Origin: Pelomyxa schiedti
Taxonomy: Eukaryota > Protista > Evosea
Direction of reading: 5' to 3'
DNA: 64,000 nt
Assembly: GCA_020536535.1 (NCBI GenBank)
Contig: JAHLWZ010000331.1
Location: 854 to 64,853, forward strand
Position 1 is the first letter of the stretch; the number at the start of each line of letters is the position of its first letter. Below the pieces are notes generated by a model. The model ran no database searches. It was given only the letters and a program-made list of their open reading frames with translations, and was not told the origin of the DNA. This document shows, one piece after another, positions 37,770 through 52,952 of the stretch. The translations under genes were made by a program, and so were the position numbers.

Positions 37770-40700
37770 TTAAACCTTGCTGAAATGGTGAACGATTGTC
37801 CAACCAGAGGGAGTTCCTTCAGCAAGGAATTGTGATGCGAGTGAAAGGAGGTGCTTGTACCACAGGTCTTCACCTTCAACAATGTGGAAATAGTCCGCAC
37901 ACTCTCCGGACCTGTCATGGTATTCCTTGAGTGCTTCAACACACTTGGAGAACTCGGAAGACTCATAGAATTGCACCGCTGCTGTGAATGTTTCACAAAG
38001 CTGTGAAACTTCGTTGGAACAGCTGTGTAAATCCCCAACCAACTGGTAAACGACACTGCTGTTGGATTTCCCTTTGACCTGAACGGGAATAAGAAGATGA
38101 AAGCAAGCCGGCAAGCCTCACCTGAACAGTTCCGAGCTTCCTGGTGACAAATGAATTCTTCACATGGGAATGTAGCACCCCATCAATGAGAACTGTTGTG
38201 CCAAAGACTTTGTTCAGTCCCTCCAAGCGTGACCTGTGTGAGTTTCAGTAAAGAAGAAACTAACAGTGGGTGGTGGAGATCATCACTCACGCAAGGTTGA
38301 CAGAGTCACCCAAAACAGTGTACTGAAAAAATAGATCTGAGATGGAGAAAAGGTACGGATACTGATATTCATAAATTTTAATTTATTTTCTAACTTGAAA
38401 TCTGTCACTGCTTCCAGAATTTCCAGCCAATACAGTACCAGAACACAATGCATATCTAGCACGAAAAACTGGAAGTTTCCTGCTGGCCCAGTTGATTTGC
38501 ATCTCCTTCAGAGCTCTCTGTGATTCCAACACTGTTTGACACGCCTAATTTCACTTTCATACAAACGTGGGCCATAAAAACAGATAAAACCTCCAATTCT
38601 TGATTTGGGACAGGTTCGGGACTTCCCCAAAACGCCATGATACCTGAATGATAGTGTTATGTTAAGGAGAGACACCAAAGACACGTACAATCTCCGATCT
38701 GCATCACAGTGTTAATACAAATGGACAACTCCAGGAACACACGATTTTATCAACAGTTCCGTTGTGTTTCTTGATGTGCGTGCACATGAGATCCATGAAG
38801 TCTGTGAACACTTCCATCAGTGCTCCTGGTGTGACTTCTTCAGTGATTGCTGTGAAGTCCTGGTGTGAGAGATTTTAGTTTACCGAGCACAATCAGAGGA
38901 TTTCGCTCACCACAATGTCACAGAACATGGTTGTGCAATAAGTCCGATGAACTCCAAGCTTTGCAACCTTGCCTCGCTTCACCAACCACGAAACAACTTG
39001 CATTGGAACATAATGCTTGAGCGATTGAAGCATTCTCTTCATCCTGTGATTTTGAGTTGATACAGTGGGTAACCGAAATGATGGAGAAAAACCTGTGCAT
39101 GCTCCCTGCAATCGAGCTGATTTCACTGAATGGAGATTTGTAAAGAGACATCTCCGCTGAGCTGGTGCCGGTAAACTCTCCTTCCAACAGAGCAGCTTGT
39201 TCCATTTGCATACGGAGTGTTTTCAGTGGCCACGTCAGAAGCAACGTCACTGTGGAAAAAAAGGGTGAGTGTTTCTTCAACTATGATGGAGAGTTTCTCA
39301 CGGAGGAAGACAATCAGTGAAAACAGCACCACAAGTGCAACAGAAACTCCAATTGTCTTCCCCATCATCAGCTTGACACTTCCGAAGTAATCCTTCTGAG
39401 GAATACCCAACACAACAATGAAGTCAGTGATCCCAGTCCCAGGTCGTGGATTGAAGACATCCATGCGGAGTTGATATCGGGAATCGTCGATTTCAGTTGT
39501 GCCAGAATACAGATTCCCTGTGGTTGTTGTGTTCTTGAGCTGCGATTGCAGAATCAATCCAATTTGCCCTGTGAGGCTGTCGGTTGATTCCCACATCTGC
39601 AGCAAAAGTGAGATTGTCTCTATTGTTGTTATAAACCTTCACACGTGTGGGCTCACCATCAGGAACGTCTACACTCACCAGAACATCATTCCTGTTTGTT
39701 GTGAGGATATCTCCATTGAACTCCACAAGCCAGAAGTTTCCGGTTTTCCCCACCTTGATTTATCATCAGGATTAGGTTTAGAAATTGAAATGACAAGCCT
39801 CTGTGTTCTCTGATAACACGTGGAGAGATGTTTGCAAATAGAAATCGACCGCAACAACTCCACAAGGTGGACTGTCACCGCATTTCAATGGTGCAGACAC
39901 AGTGATACCTGGTTTAAACTTCATGAATAATTTTGTTTGGAATGAACACTGGGTTACCAAGGCATTTTTCGGGAAGGAATGTGTAGACAGGAGACCATTG
40001 AAGAGTCGATGAATTGATTGTGGCTGGATACCTTGATTGAAGTAAGGGGCTGATAAACCATTTGCGTTCGTTGTTAACAACCATGGGCGTTCTCTACAAT
40101 CGTACCATGTGCCATCATCACCGACCGTTGCACCCAAGGTAACAGGTTCCAGTGAATTGAGGTCGATAGCTGCAATGCGAGTAAGTGTAATAATTTGCAA
40201 AGGGAAAGGAGGAACTGAACATAGGAAGGACCAGTTCGTGCTTGGGCACTGTTGTGTGATAATAGTTCTATTCCAGGGATTCTGGTATCCCGCCCCAGTA
40301 AACAGTCCTGTCTCAGAACCAGCGTAAAGAAACAACTGAAGAAAACTCACTTCAATAGAGAGGAAGTGAGCTAAACAAACATATTTATGGTCTGGAATGA
40401 ATGTTTGTGTCAAGAAGTGTCTCCACAGCTGTAGAAGAAGGGGTTTTGTACGCCAACCAGAACGTGATATGGACAAACCTGTTCAAAATTCGCCTCGTCA
40501 CAAACGTTGGCGTAAAAGCAAGGTAGTTTTGCATTTTCTTCAATTAAACGCTCTCCAAGCTTAAGTATTTCAGTCAAAGACTCCTCCGTGCTGGTAGCAA
40601 CCTAAACAAACGAAAATAACAATTAGAATCTCTAAGTGCACAAGGGCTTTGTGTAGGTTTTGTTATAATTCTAAAACGCGCCGAGTTTTTTGTGGTGACG

Positions 40701-41218
40701 CCTACAAAGTTCAATCAAATTTGGTAGTGCGTACAAAGTTCATGTACGAGGACACAACGTGATCCACCGAATCGTTTGCGGAGGTGTACCACATGAGCCA
40801 AAGCGGGACGAGGGAACAAACGAGTGCCACCTCGAGCAGTATCATTATCGCAGTCCTTATCGACACTTTCGGCATCCATCTCCTGTGCCGTAACGTTAAT
40901 GTTGTCGTTAGTATTCTCGGCGCGCGTGCGCGGCATTGTCACAAACAACGGCTGAAGAAACACTCCCGAAAGAAAGAGGCAAAGAAGAAAATTTTGCACC
41001 CACCTCCTCTTGGTGGGGTCGTGGTGGTTGTTGTTGTTGTCCAAGTCATAAAGAAACATCAACGATGAGGCTGAACCACCAGCAGCACCGAATGAAGTGG
41101 CTGTGGAATCATATGACGCTGACGGCGGTAGTGGCGGTGTCGACGACGTCGAACACGATGATGGGTGCACCTTGTTATGATGAGGTGGTAGTATTGTCAC
41201 ACCAAGTTGCTGTGACAT
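37770..41218 (-). CDS. receptor adenylate cyclase: TM-dCache_1-TM-HAMP-class III cyclase (bacterial-type architecture)
   Basis: TM1 IRTAIMILLEVALVCSLVPLWLMW; dCache YDCRERPW..SAPY..GITVSAPL..GVVAVDF; TM2 IGVSVALVVLFSLIVFL; HAMP LTWPLKTLRMQM; catalytic MFCDIV, VDKI|IGDC|IMAFWG, YTVLGDSVNLA|SRLEGLNK, VKGK. Confidence 0.9.
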
Positions 41219-41388
41219 GGTGGTTTTTTGGCATCAAGTATCAAGGTTTTTTCTTTTAGTGTTGGTGATCAAAACAAGATCAAAGATCCAACACTACCAC
41301 TTACACTAAGCTTGCAGTTAGTGTAGCTTGAAATTCAACTGGAACAGTATTCCGCTCGATTCCGTCATCTTGGGTCAGGACCTGGCTT

Positions 41389-43227
41389 TTACGGCACATG
41401 TGGAGGTTCGGCTTGGGCAGCATTTACAGAGTCGCTCCTTGTTTCGACTTCTCCTTTCATATCACATGGATTGGTATTGCCGTGCTTACTTTCCAAATAC
41501 TTCCTCTGTGCGCTTCTGAAGGCTTGTATTTGTGTTGTCAGTGCTGCATCTCGCAATCAGTAAGAATTAACTTGGAAAGAAAAGAAGTTTTCCAGAAATT
41601 ACTGGGCTGTTAGAGATATTCTTGTTGGGTTGTGTAGAAGCACCCAAAAAGGCACTTCAGCATGGACAATCTTACATTTGAAATACTTGGAGAGCCTATG
41701 TGGTACTCGGGTTGCGTGTCCAGTAGCACGTTAGACTCTATACTGCTAATTCTAAGTAGTTCACTCACCAGCTCTGCAACCCTAGTACCACATAGGCTCT
41801 TTTGGTGGCTGCAAGTAAGCCACCGGCAATGAATAACAATAGCATGAATATATGAAATTCGTTGAGAAAGCAGGAAAGTGAGGAGAGGAAAATAAAACCG
41901 AAACTTAACTTTGGGGAGATGTGGTTCCCAGTTTCCAAAAGAGTTTCTGCGGCACAGTACTAAGTCAACAAAGTCTCAATTACTTTGGTTGTGCATGCTG
42001 CAGACAGTTTCGCAGTTTCTCCTTTGATCCTTTTTACACAAGACTTCTTATCCAATTCAAAGAGCATACATATGGTAGTGGGTGTAGAACAAGATATTTG
42101 TGCCCAAGGTGAAGCTTATGCACAACGCTGCAGAGTGCTTCCAGCAGCACAGTTCACTCTCGCACACTACGTGGAGTAAATCCACCTGGTTCCAATCGAC
42201 CCCCCACCTGTGTCCTCCGCCATACGGGTGAGGCAAGATTGAGGGTGTAAAAGAACCTGAGAAAGCGGAGCAAAGCCGCACGTATTCTCCTGAACCTGCC
42301 TGTCAGTCCGGGTTACCTATTATGTTTGAGTGGGGTGATGATGAATATGGAGTGGGGTGATGATGAATATGGAGAGGGGGATTTACCTTGGCGACGTTAC
42401 ACTGTAAGTGGAAAATCCACCACCTATTCTCAGGTGAAACGAGAAAAAGAAGAAAGAAGAAGCCACACACTAGTGGCCAAACTGCTGGAGATCAGAAGGC
42501 CGGCGATGCTTCCATGATACCCACAACACCACCTGGTTTTTGGGGTGAGAAATCGAAAAATAAAAACAGAGAAGACAAAACATACACACAGGTTCCGGCT
42601 TGAGGCATCCATTGAAGTGCGACAACCATGGACAGCCCTAGTGGGAGAGAGTAAGACTTAAAACACAAACGGAAACACACCACTGTGTCCATTGCATTGT
42701 ATAACAATACAACTAAAAACAAAAGAATAAGTAAATAAAATAAAAAAAAAAACAAAATAAATAAATATAATTAAACTAAAATTAAAATACGGTATAAAAT
42801 TAATTAAATGTATTTAATTTTATTTAAATAAAATAGATAGATAACCAAATAAATATACCGTTGGCAGAAGCCGCCCTGCACCACACGGCCCACGGCCCAC
42901 GGCCCACGGCCCACGGCCCACGGCCCACGGCCCACGGCCCACGGCCCACGCCCCACGCCCCACGCCCCACGCCCCACGCCCCACGCCCCACGCCCAGCAC
43001 TCTGCACCCCGTAGTGCCGCCGGCACACCACCTCGTGGACGGAGACCCATACGTCATCCACAGCCCCGACGCACCAGCACAACTCCACCCCACAGCCGAG
43101 ATACCAGTCGGCTGCACGGCATGTCCACCTTACGTTGTCCTGCACAACGCTGGCTAGCCGGCACTACGATTTCTCTCGGAGTTTTTTCCTGAGAACTGAT
43201 GACCGATGGGTCTGAGAGCCTTGTCAT
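41389..43227 (-). CDS. hypothetical multi-exon, probably membrane protein; exon model uncertain
   Basis: Several GT-AG-bounded open segments with hydrophobic stretches (LFIAGGLLAA, SAALCISFTLGTNILF) and a final exon AFRSAQRKYLESKHG..PPHVP*; family not recognised. Confidence 0.35.
42328..42371. repeat. 22-bp perfect tandem duplication
   Basis: GAGTGGGGTGATGATGAATATG x2. Confidence 0.9.
42884..42995. repeat. 7-bp minisatellite (CACGGCC)9(CACGCCC)7
   Basis: Units counted directly; 112 bp. Confidence 0.97.
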
Positions 43228-43323
43228 GGGCACCGACGGCTGGAAAATGGGGGGAAACACTTTTTTAACCTGTTCAACACTCTGTGGGACCTCTGGTTGG
43301 AGTTTTTGACTGCAGGATACAAA

Positions 43324-43426
43324 GTGTAAAATGACCGCCCCGGGGCGGTCATTTTACACAGGAAATGATAGGTGACCGCCCTAAATTACATCATGTGGTT
43401 TTTCCTCTATGTAAAATGACCGCCCC
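43324..43426. mobile_element. perfect 36-bp palindrome overlapping an 85-bp MITE-like element with 17-bp TIRs
   Basis: GTGTAAAATGACCGCCCC|GGGGCGGTCATTTTACAC (43324-43359); the right arm also pairs with TGTAAAATGACCGCCCC at 43410-43426; internal partial copy TGACCGCCC at 43373. No TSD seen. Confidence 0.5.
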
Positions 43427-43640
43427 TGGGCTCCAGATATGTTTCAATTGTGAGCAAAGTTGGGGGGAAAAGTACGACCTGTCACCCCAACTTCGTTCAA
43501 ACGAAACCCCTTTTTCGTCGAACAAGGCAACGTCGGCGCTGTGGTGAGACTCCCATCATCAAAAAAAAAACCACAGAAAAAAACAAAGTCAAAAAAAAAC
43601 AAAACAAAGAGAGGACAGACACGCCACTCCAAACACAAAA

Positions 43641-47010
<3,370 letters not shown>

Positions 47011-47287
47011 AATGGCCCTGACCCCCAATTAAAAAAAAAACAAGTTTCAGTAGTACTTTGTATCACACTAAGACCTAAGTCCCTAGATTATCTGTTCTTA
47101 TTTGGCTGCACGCCGAAACGCAACAACCTCATCACCAGTTAGAATTTCAACATAATTCCAAAACCGCTCTATCCGCAGTTGCAGGTGCTGGAACTCACTT
47201 ATGGTGTTAGTTTGGCAGCATTTCCCGGCCTGTGATTTGCTTTTAACCGAGATGACATGGGGGCAAATCTTGCATAATAGACAATAA

Positions 47288-47674
47288 ATGGAAAAGAACT
47301 CTGTTCATAAAGAAGACCTCAAGACAACAACAGGGCCGTCACTCTATGAAGACTTCTCGAAGATCTTCACTGGTATACAACAAACTTTGTATAGATCTCA
47401 CCTGTGTGAAACAGACTTACTTACAAATCTCACAACCGAGACAACGGCGATTGCTGGGGAGGCTCAGAAAGCTGTGTCCGACTTGAGAGAATTGCACCAG
47501 AACTTGAGCGACGATCTACTGTCCAGAATTAAATCGGCCGAGACAATGGAGGTAGCTGGGCTCCACAAACTCACTTCTTTGCACCAACACATACAGACCG
47601 AACTCCAGCTGTATCAGAGCAAGATCTCCGAGTACCTCAAAACGGTTGACGCTCTGAAGAACAAGGACTCCTAA
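47288..47674 (+). CDS. hypothetical 128-aa intronless coiled-coil protein
   Basis: ATG-initiated ORF with heptad pattern (LRELHQNLSDDLL, LHQHIQTELQLYQSKI). Confidence 0.6.
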   Translation: MEKNSVHKEDLKTTTGPSLYEDFSKIFTGIQQTLYRSHLCETDLLTNLTTETTAIAGEAQKAVSDLRELHQNLSDDLLSRIKSAETMEVAGLHKLTSLHQHIQTELQLYQSKISEYLKTVDALKNKDS

Positions 47675-47778
47675 CAAGCCATCATCTTCTTCACAAATTT
47701 TCCGATCTCTGCACCTCTCTGATTTCCAATGGGCGTTCTCCTAACAGCCTCAACAACACAAAAAAAACCGGTTTTCGG

Positions 47779-50700
47779 ATGGTGCTTCCCGGTCGCATTG
47801 GGTTCGTTTTTGCTGCGACCACGGCACTGTTGCTGTGTGAGATCGGGTGTGTTTGTAGCGCTGCGGGGGCGGACGCGCAACCGCATTATGGGGGTGTGTT
47901 TGGGTCGTACTTGTACTCGCTTGAGCTGAGGCCGTTTATTGAGTGTGAGGACCCTAACAGATTCACTGGGAGGTGCTCGTGTCCTCAGGTATTCATTCCA
48001 TGTCTATTAATTGAGGATTTCTATGGGAAATTCAATTTAATGTGAAATACATATTTCTGTGTTTGGGTGGAATGTGGTGGAGTGATGTTTGATGTGTTTG
48101 TTGGTGCCTGTTGATATGGAATCACTTACTATTTGCAATAGGGTTACACAGGGGAGGTCACTGGCAGGATTATAAATGATGGAGATGGAACTGGTGACTT
48201 TGGTGGGTACTTGTGGTATTGTGCTGATGGCACTCTCTATCCCTCTTCTGGGTGGGGTGGTTCCTACCAGGTTTTTGATTTTTGTTACAATTATGTATTG
48301 ACAAATGGTTTTCCATACCAGGAGGATGCAAATGTGACAGATGGACAAGGGGTATTCCTTATCCTTCCCTGTCTAAATGAGTTCTGACGGTTTTTTTCAG
48401 TGCCGATTCCCGAACAAATACACTGGTACCTGCACTTGCCCTAGTGGATTCCAGCCGATCACCGCTCAAGTCCTCACCGACTTGGTTCGCAATACAGTAT
48501 TGTAATGTTCTTGTATTCACAGAGTCTCAGGATGGAAGTGGTGCAAAACTTATTGAATCTTATGTTTCTTTCTGTTGGGCGAATTCGAGCCTCTCGGAGG
48601 CCTATGCTTTTGGTGGTGCCTATCAGGTATCCACTGTTTGTACTTTTTTCCATTTCTGAGCTTAAAAAAAGACTAATGAAGATGGGACGGGGTGCCTCAC
48701 TGCAAATCCGGCAACTGGAGATTGTTCATGCTCCTCAGACTTCCCAGTTCTTCAGGTAGTACAGTACATATACGGCATTCTTTAATTACTTTGCAGTTAC
48801 TTCGAGTGGTGAAAACATCTGGTTTCAGACATGAGATGGCTCCGGTTTATGTATGTGAAAGAGGTACAGCTAACCCTATCATGGTCCATGCTGTTCCCCA
48901 CACCCATGATGACCCTGGGTGGTTGGAAACGTAAAATTTGGTTCTGTAAGAGTCACCCTAACAACATATAAGTGTCGAGGGGTACTATGACTGTTGCGTG
49001 AAGAATATTCTTGATACTGTTACCCAGAGTTTGGCAGAAAATCCAAACCGACGCTTTACGTATGCCTCTTTAACTCATTGATTTTCTCATTCCAATCCAA
49101 AGGTATGTGGAAATGTCTTTTTTCACTATCTGGTGGAACCAACAAACTGATGACGTTAAGTCACTTGTTAAAAAACTGGTTAGTACAGGGCAGCTCGATT
49201 TCACAATGTTGGTTCAGGTGAATTCAATTTCCCAGCATTAAACTTCTTCAGAGGTGGCTGGGTTATGCCAGATGAGGCCTGCCCATCATACACTGATCTC
49301 ATAGATCAAGTATGTTAATCTGATCACAAATAACTTGGTGAATTAATTGTCTTTGTAACAGATGACTGCAGGGCATCTTTTCCTTAAAGACACATTTGGA
49401 GAAACCAGTGTACCTACTGTGGGATGGCAAATTGATCCTTTTGGGGTTTTTCCCCGCCAAGACCCTATCCCATCTTACACATGTTTTTCAGCATAGTAAT
49501 GGCAACACCTGGACTTACTCTCAGTTCGATTTTGATTTTCTGGTATCTCTTTCTTTTTCCTATCTATTTCCTTAACATGCTTTTCAGGTGGAAGTCCGAA
49601 TAGATTACAAGGCAACTTACCCACCAGAATCTCGTTGAAACCGCGCACTTAACTACACATTTTAGGATATTGACTGGAGGCGCGCCAATGTAGAGATGGA
49701 GTGGATTTGGAGGCCATTCCGAAGTTTTGATGAGTATCCTGAAAAGCAGGACATCTTTTCATTTGAACTCTATAATCGTACGTGTTGTGTTCCTTAAGCC
49801 TGCGTTAATTACACACCAAGATTACGGCTGGCCACCTGGAAGAACTGTCACTGATTCGGTGGGTAACGATCTTACTTTGTCCGAGACTACAAAGGAGAGC
49901 CTCCATAAGCGAAGGCTTACCGCCTCCACTGTTACTTGGGACCCAGTAGCTTTCTCACACTGGACCTATAACACAGTTAATTCCTATAAAACTCTCAACA
50001 TTCTGGCACCGATGGGTTTGTAGAGTCATCTTGTACTATCTTCTTCTCACTCCTCTTTTTGTTTTTTTTTATGAAGGAAACGATTTTGAGTGGCAGGTAT
50101 GTTACATTTCCACTTAGCTATTGTCCTCACATCCTTAAGAACGCAGAGCCTGACTTCGTTGGGCTTGATGAACTTATTTCTTTCTTTGACGAACACCCTG
50201 AGTATGGCATCAATCTTTTCTACAGGTATAGAAACCAACACTCAATAAAGACTAAAAATACTCTGCCAGTACTCCTGCTACTGTTGGAAACACATTATTG
50301 AGTGCGAGTGAATCTCTGTCTCTCAAAACAGATGACTTCTTCCCTTATTCAGGTATAAAAGAACTACGTGGAATCAAATTTACTAATACCTCGCAGAAGC
50401 TTTCAACGACTACTGGACTGGTTTTTCTATTTTATTCATATCTAATAATAACGGACCTTCTGCAGGCTACTTTACCAGCCACCCAGCATTCAAAAGATAT
50501 GTCCGAACCTCATCAGCTTTATTTCACAGTGCGCGGCAAATACATACACTAGCCTCGAGTGATGGGAAACTTCTTGATAGTCTTGATGCCCCATGGCACG
50601 CAGTTTCTGTGACACAGGTACCTAGCATTGCATAAAATTTACATTCACTCGTTTTTAGCATCATGACGCAATTACTGGAACCTCCAAGTCATTTGTCTAC

Positions 50701-52801
50701 GACGATTATCTCTCAGTGCGTACCTCACCAATTACTTCTTATTATTCACCGAAAAAGCAATTGGATGACGGCAATAATGCCTCGGCAGCGGTAATTCTGT
50801 CATCATTGAGTGCTCTCGATAGCTCTATCTCATCTTCTTGGGAACTCTGCCCTCCAATTAAGGAAGATCCATCTTACTGTTCTGAACTAGGTGCCGGCCG
50901 CATGGTTCGACGAATTCAAATTACCAGTAGAGTCTCATTACACAACCACAGGTTATGGTTCTCAATTCAATTGGTAGCAGTCAGGATATTCCAATCAACT
51001 TACAAGTTTCTTCTGACTCACTGTGTGTATTTGATTCCGATGGTACTGAGACTGCTTCTCAAATTAGGTTCTATTTTTTTCTTTTCCATCTTTTGGTTAA
51101 TAACCATACCAAGAGAGGCACCGTGGGTAAGCGGTCTGAATTTATTTGAGCTTTCCTTTATGGCAGAGGACATGCCATCACTTGGGGCTCGCACTTACTC
51201 ACTTGAAGCTTGTAGTAATGCTGAGAAGATCGCAAATAAAGTTTCCAGTCTACAAGCAACTGTATCCATCGAAAATAACTTCTACAAACTGTCATTTGAC
51301 ACGGCTACCAACACTCTGTCATCCATTCTTGAAAAGACAAATGGAAACACAGCATCTGTCAAGTTACTATTCTCCATATTTCCATGCTTACAACCAATGC
51401 CTTGCAAAGTATTGATGTGTTGTATTATGTTCCTGAAGGTTCACCGCTTATACCACAAGATGGTGCCTATGTCTTTAACACCAGGAAATCTCCGCTAGCA
51501 TTCCCCGGGCCGAGGTATAAACTGAGCATCAGAAGCAAAATGTAACCAAGTTAGAGGTGCCTTGACTACCTTTTATGGAGATGTTTATCAGGAGGTCGAG
51601 GTAATTGTAGATCAAGCTAGTAACGTTATCCAAAGGTGGTCTTTCCTTTTCCTCTTTTAATTTCCAACTCATAACCTCAGGTTCCGTTTAAACAAAAATG
51701 ATCCCTTCATTGAAATGTACACAACTGTCGGTCCAATCAGTACGACAGATAAAAATGGAAAGGTGTCTTAACATTTTTGCTAGCAACTAGTTTAATTAAT
51801 CCATGTTTCAAGGAAGTCATTGTCAAAATCCAGAGTCCCATATCATCTGCAGGCTTCCTCTACACTGATACGCACAATCTTGAATTCCAGAAACGAGAGT
51901 AAATTCCCATTTTTACTCATCCTAACTAACTCACAAAGATACAACGTTCTTTATGGAAAGTATATAATGGATAACGATATAAGGTGAGCTACACAAATCC
52001 AAACATCTCTAATTCTTAAAAAGTGGGAATTATTACCCAATATCATCAGCAGCCTATATCAAGTGAGTCACTCAGTGTGTTTCCACTTTTAAACCCATTC
52101 AACCTTCTCAAAGGGATGACAACCTGATGCTGGCAATTCTTCCGGACCGGGCACAAGGAGCCGCAAGCCTTACAAACGGATCCCTGGAAGTGATGATTCA
52201 CAGAAGGCTTCTTAAAGACGGCGACCACAAAGGAGTCGGAGAACCTCTTGATGATTCCACAACAATATGCACCAAACAACTCCTCATTCTATCCTCCGCC
52301 GACTCTGGAATTTCTACGCTCCGCTCCGCGGCTCTGCGCCACGAGCACAGCCCCGCAATTCTATCAAGTATTTCCGGCACAACTCCGGCACCATTCTCCT
52401 GGTCTCCAATGAGCGTTTCCCTTCCCGCAAATGTTCATTTGACCACCCTTCAGGTTGCGAATGTCCCTCCTAATAATACTAAATCCCACACAAATAAGTT
52501 ATATCTCACACACATCACACCTCTAACCAACCAAAATGTAATGCAGGTGACCCGGTATGATATCTTTGGAGCCTCAACACTGGTGAGGCTGCACCACAAC
52601 TTTGCGGTGGATGAGGACCCTGTTCTGTCACAGCCAGCCACAGTCGACCTCTCTTCGCTGTTCGCTGATTGGACAGTAACATCGGCAGTGGAGGTGTCAC
52701 TGTCAGCAGCACACAAGGTCCAATCACTGTCCTCAATGACCATCACCCTCAACCCAATGGAGTTCAAGACTTTCGCGGTCTCCCTCACAAAGAAACAATA
52801 A
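47779..52801 (+). CDS. lysosomal-type GH38 alpha-mannosidase with signal peptide and N-terminal triple Cys-rich (MPEG1-P2/MABP-like) module
   Basis: Signal MVLPGRIGFVFAATTALLL; three GGxY..C..N..TGxC[ST]C repeats; HTHDDPGW, GGWVMPDE, GWQIDPFG, YWTG, HHDAITGT, DRAQG..SL..GSLEVMIHRR..DD..GVGEPL, LNPMEFKTF. Confidence 0.95.
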
Positions 52802-52952
52802 GATGGAACTCCTATGTTTGTGGCCAGGTCTTTTTTTATTAAAGTGTGTAATTATGCAAGGTCTGTGACCAACTTGGAGCGCTCCAAGGAACACGGCAGA
52901 TCTACGAAAAGCTTACCATGATTTTTTTTATTGTTGTGAAAAACCCTGAAAC

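Noticed and set aside
34626-41218. Bacterial contamination as the explanation for the bacterial-type genes
   Set aside because: All three genes contain multiple canonical spliceosomal introns and are contiguous with TRAPPC10 and a eukaryotic Pol III tRNA with no gap.
42328-42371. 22-bp direct repeat considered as a CRISPR-like repeat or TSD
   Set aside because: Only two adjacent units with no spacer, in an intron; a simple slippage duplication.
42804-43157. ORFs with GRGAW/GPRPTAH peptide repeats
   Set aside because: They are translations of the 7-bp minisatellite; the unit is not a multiple of 3 and is open in most frames.
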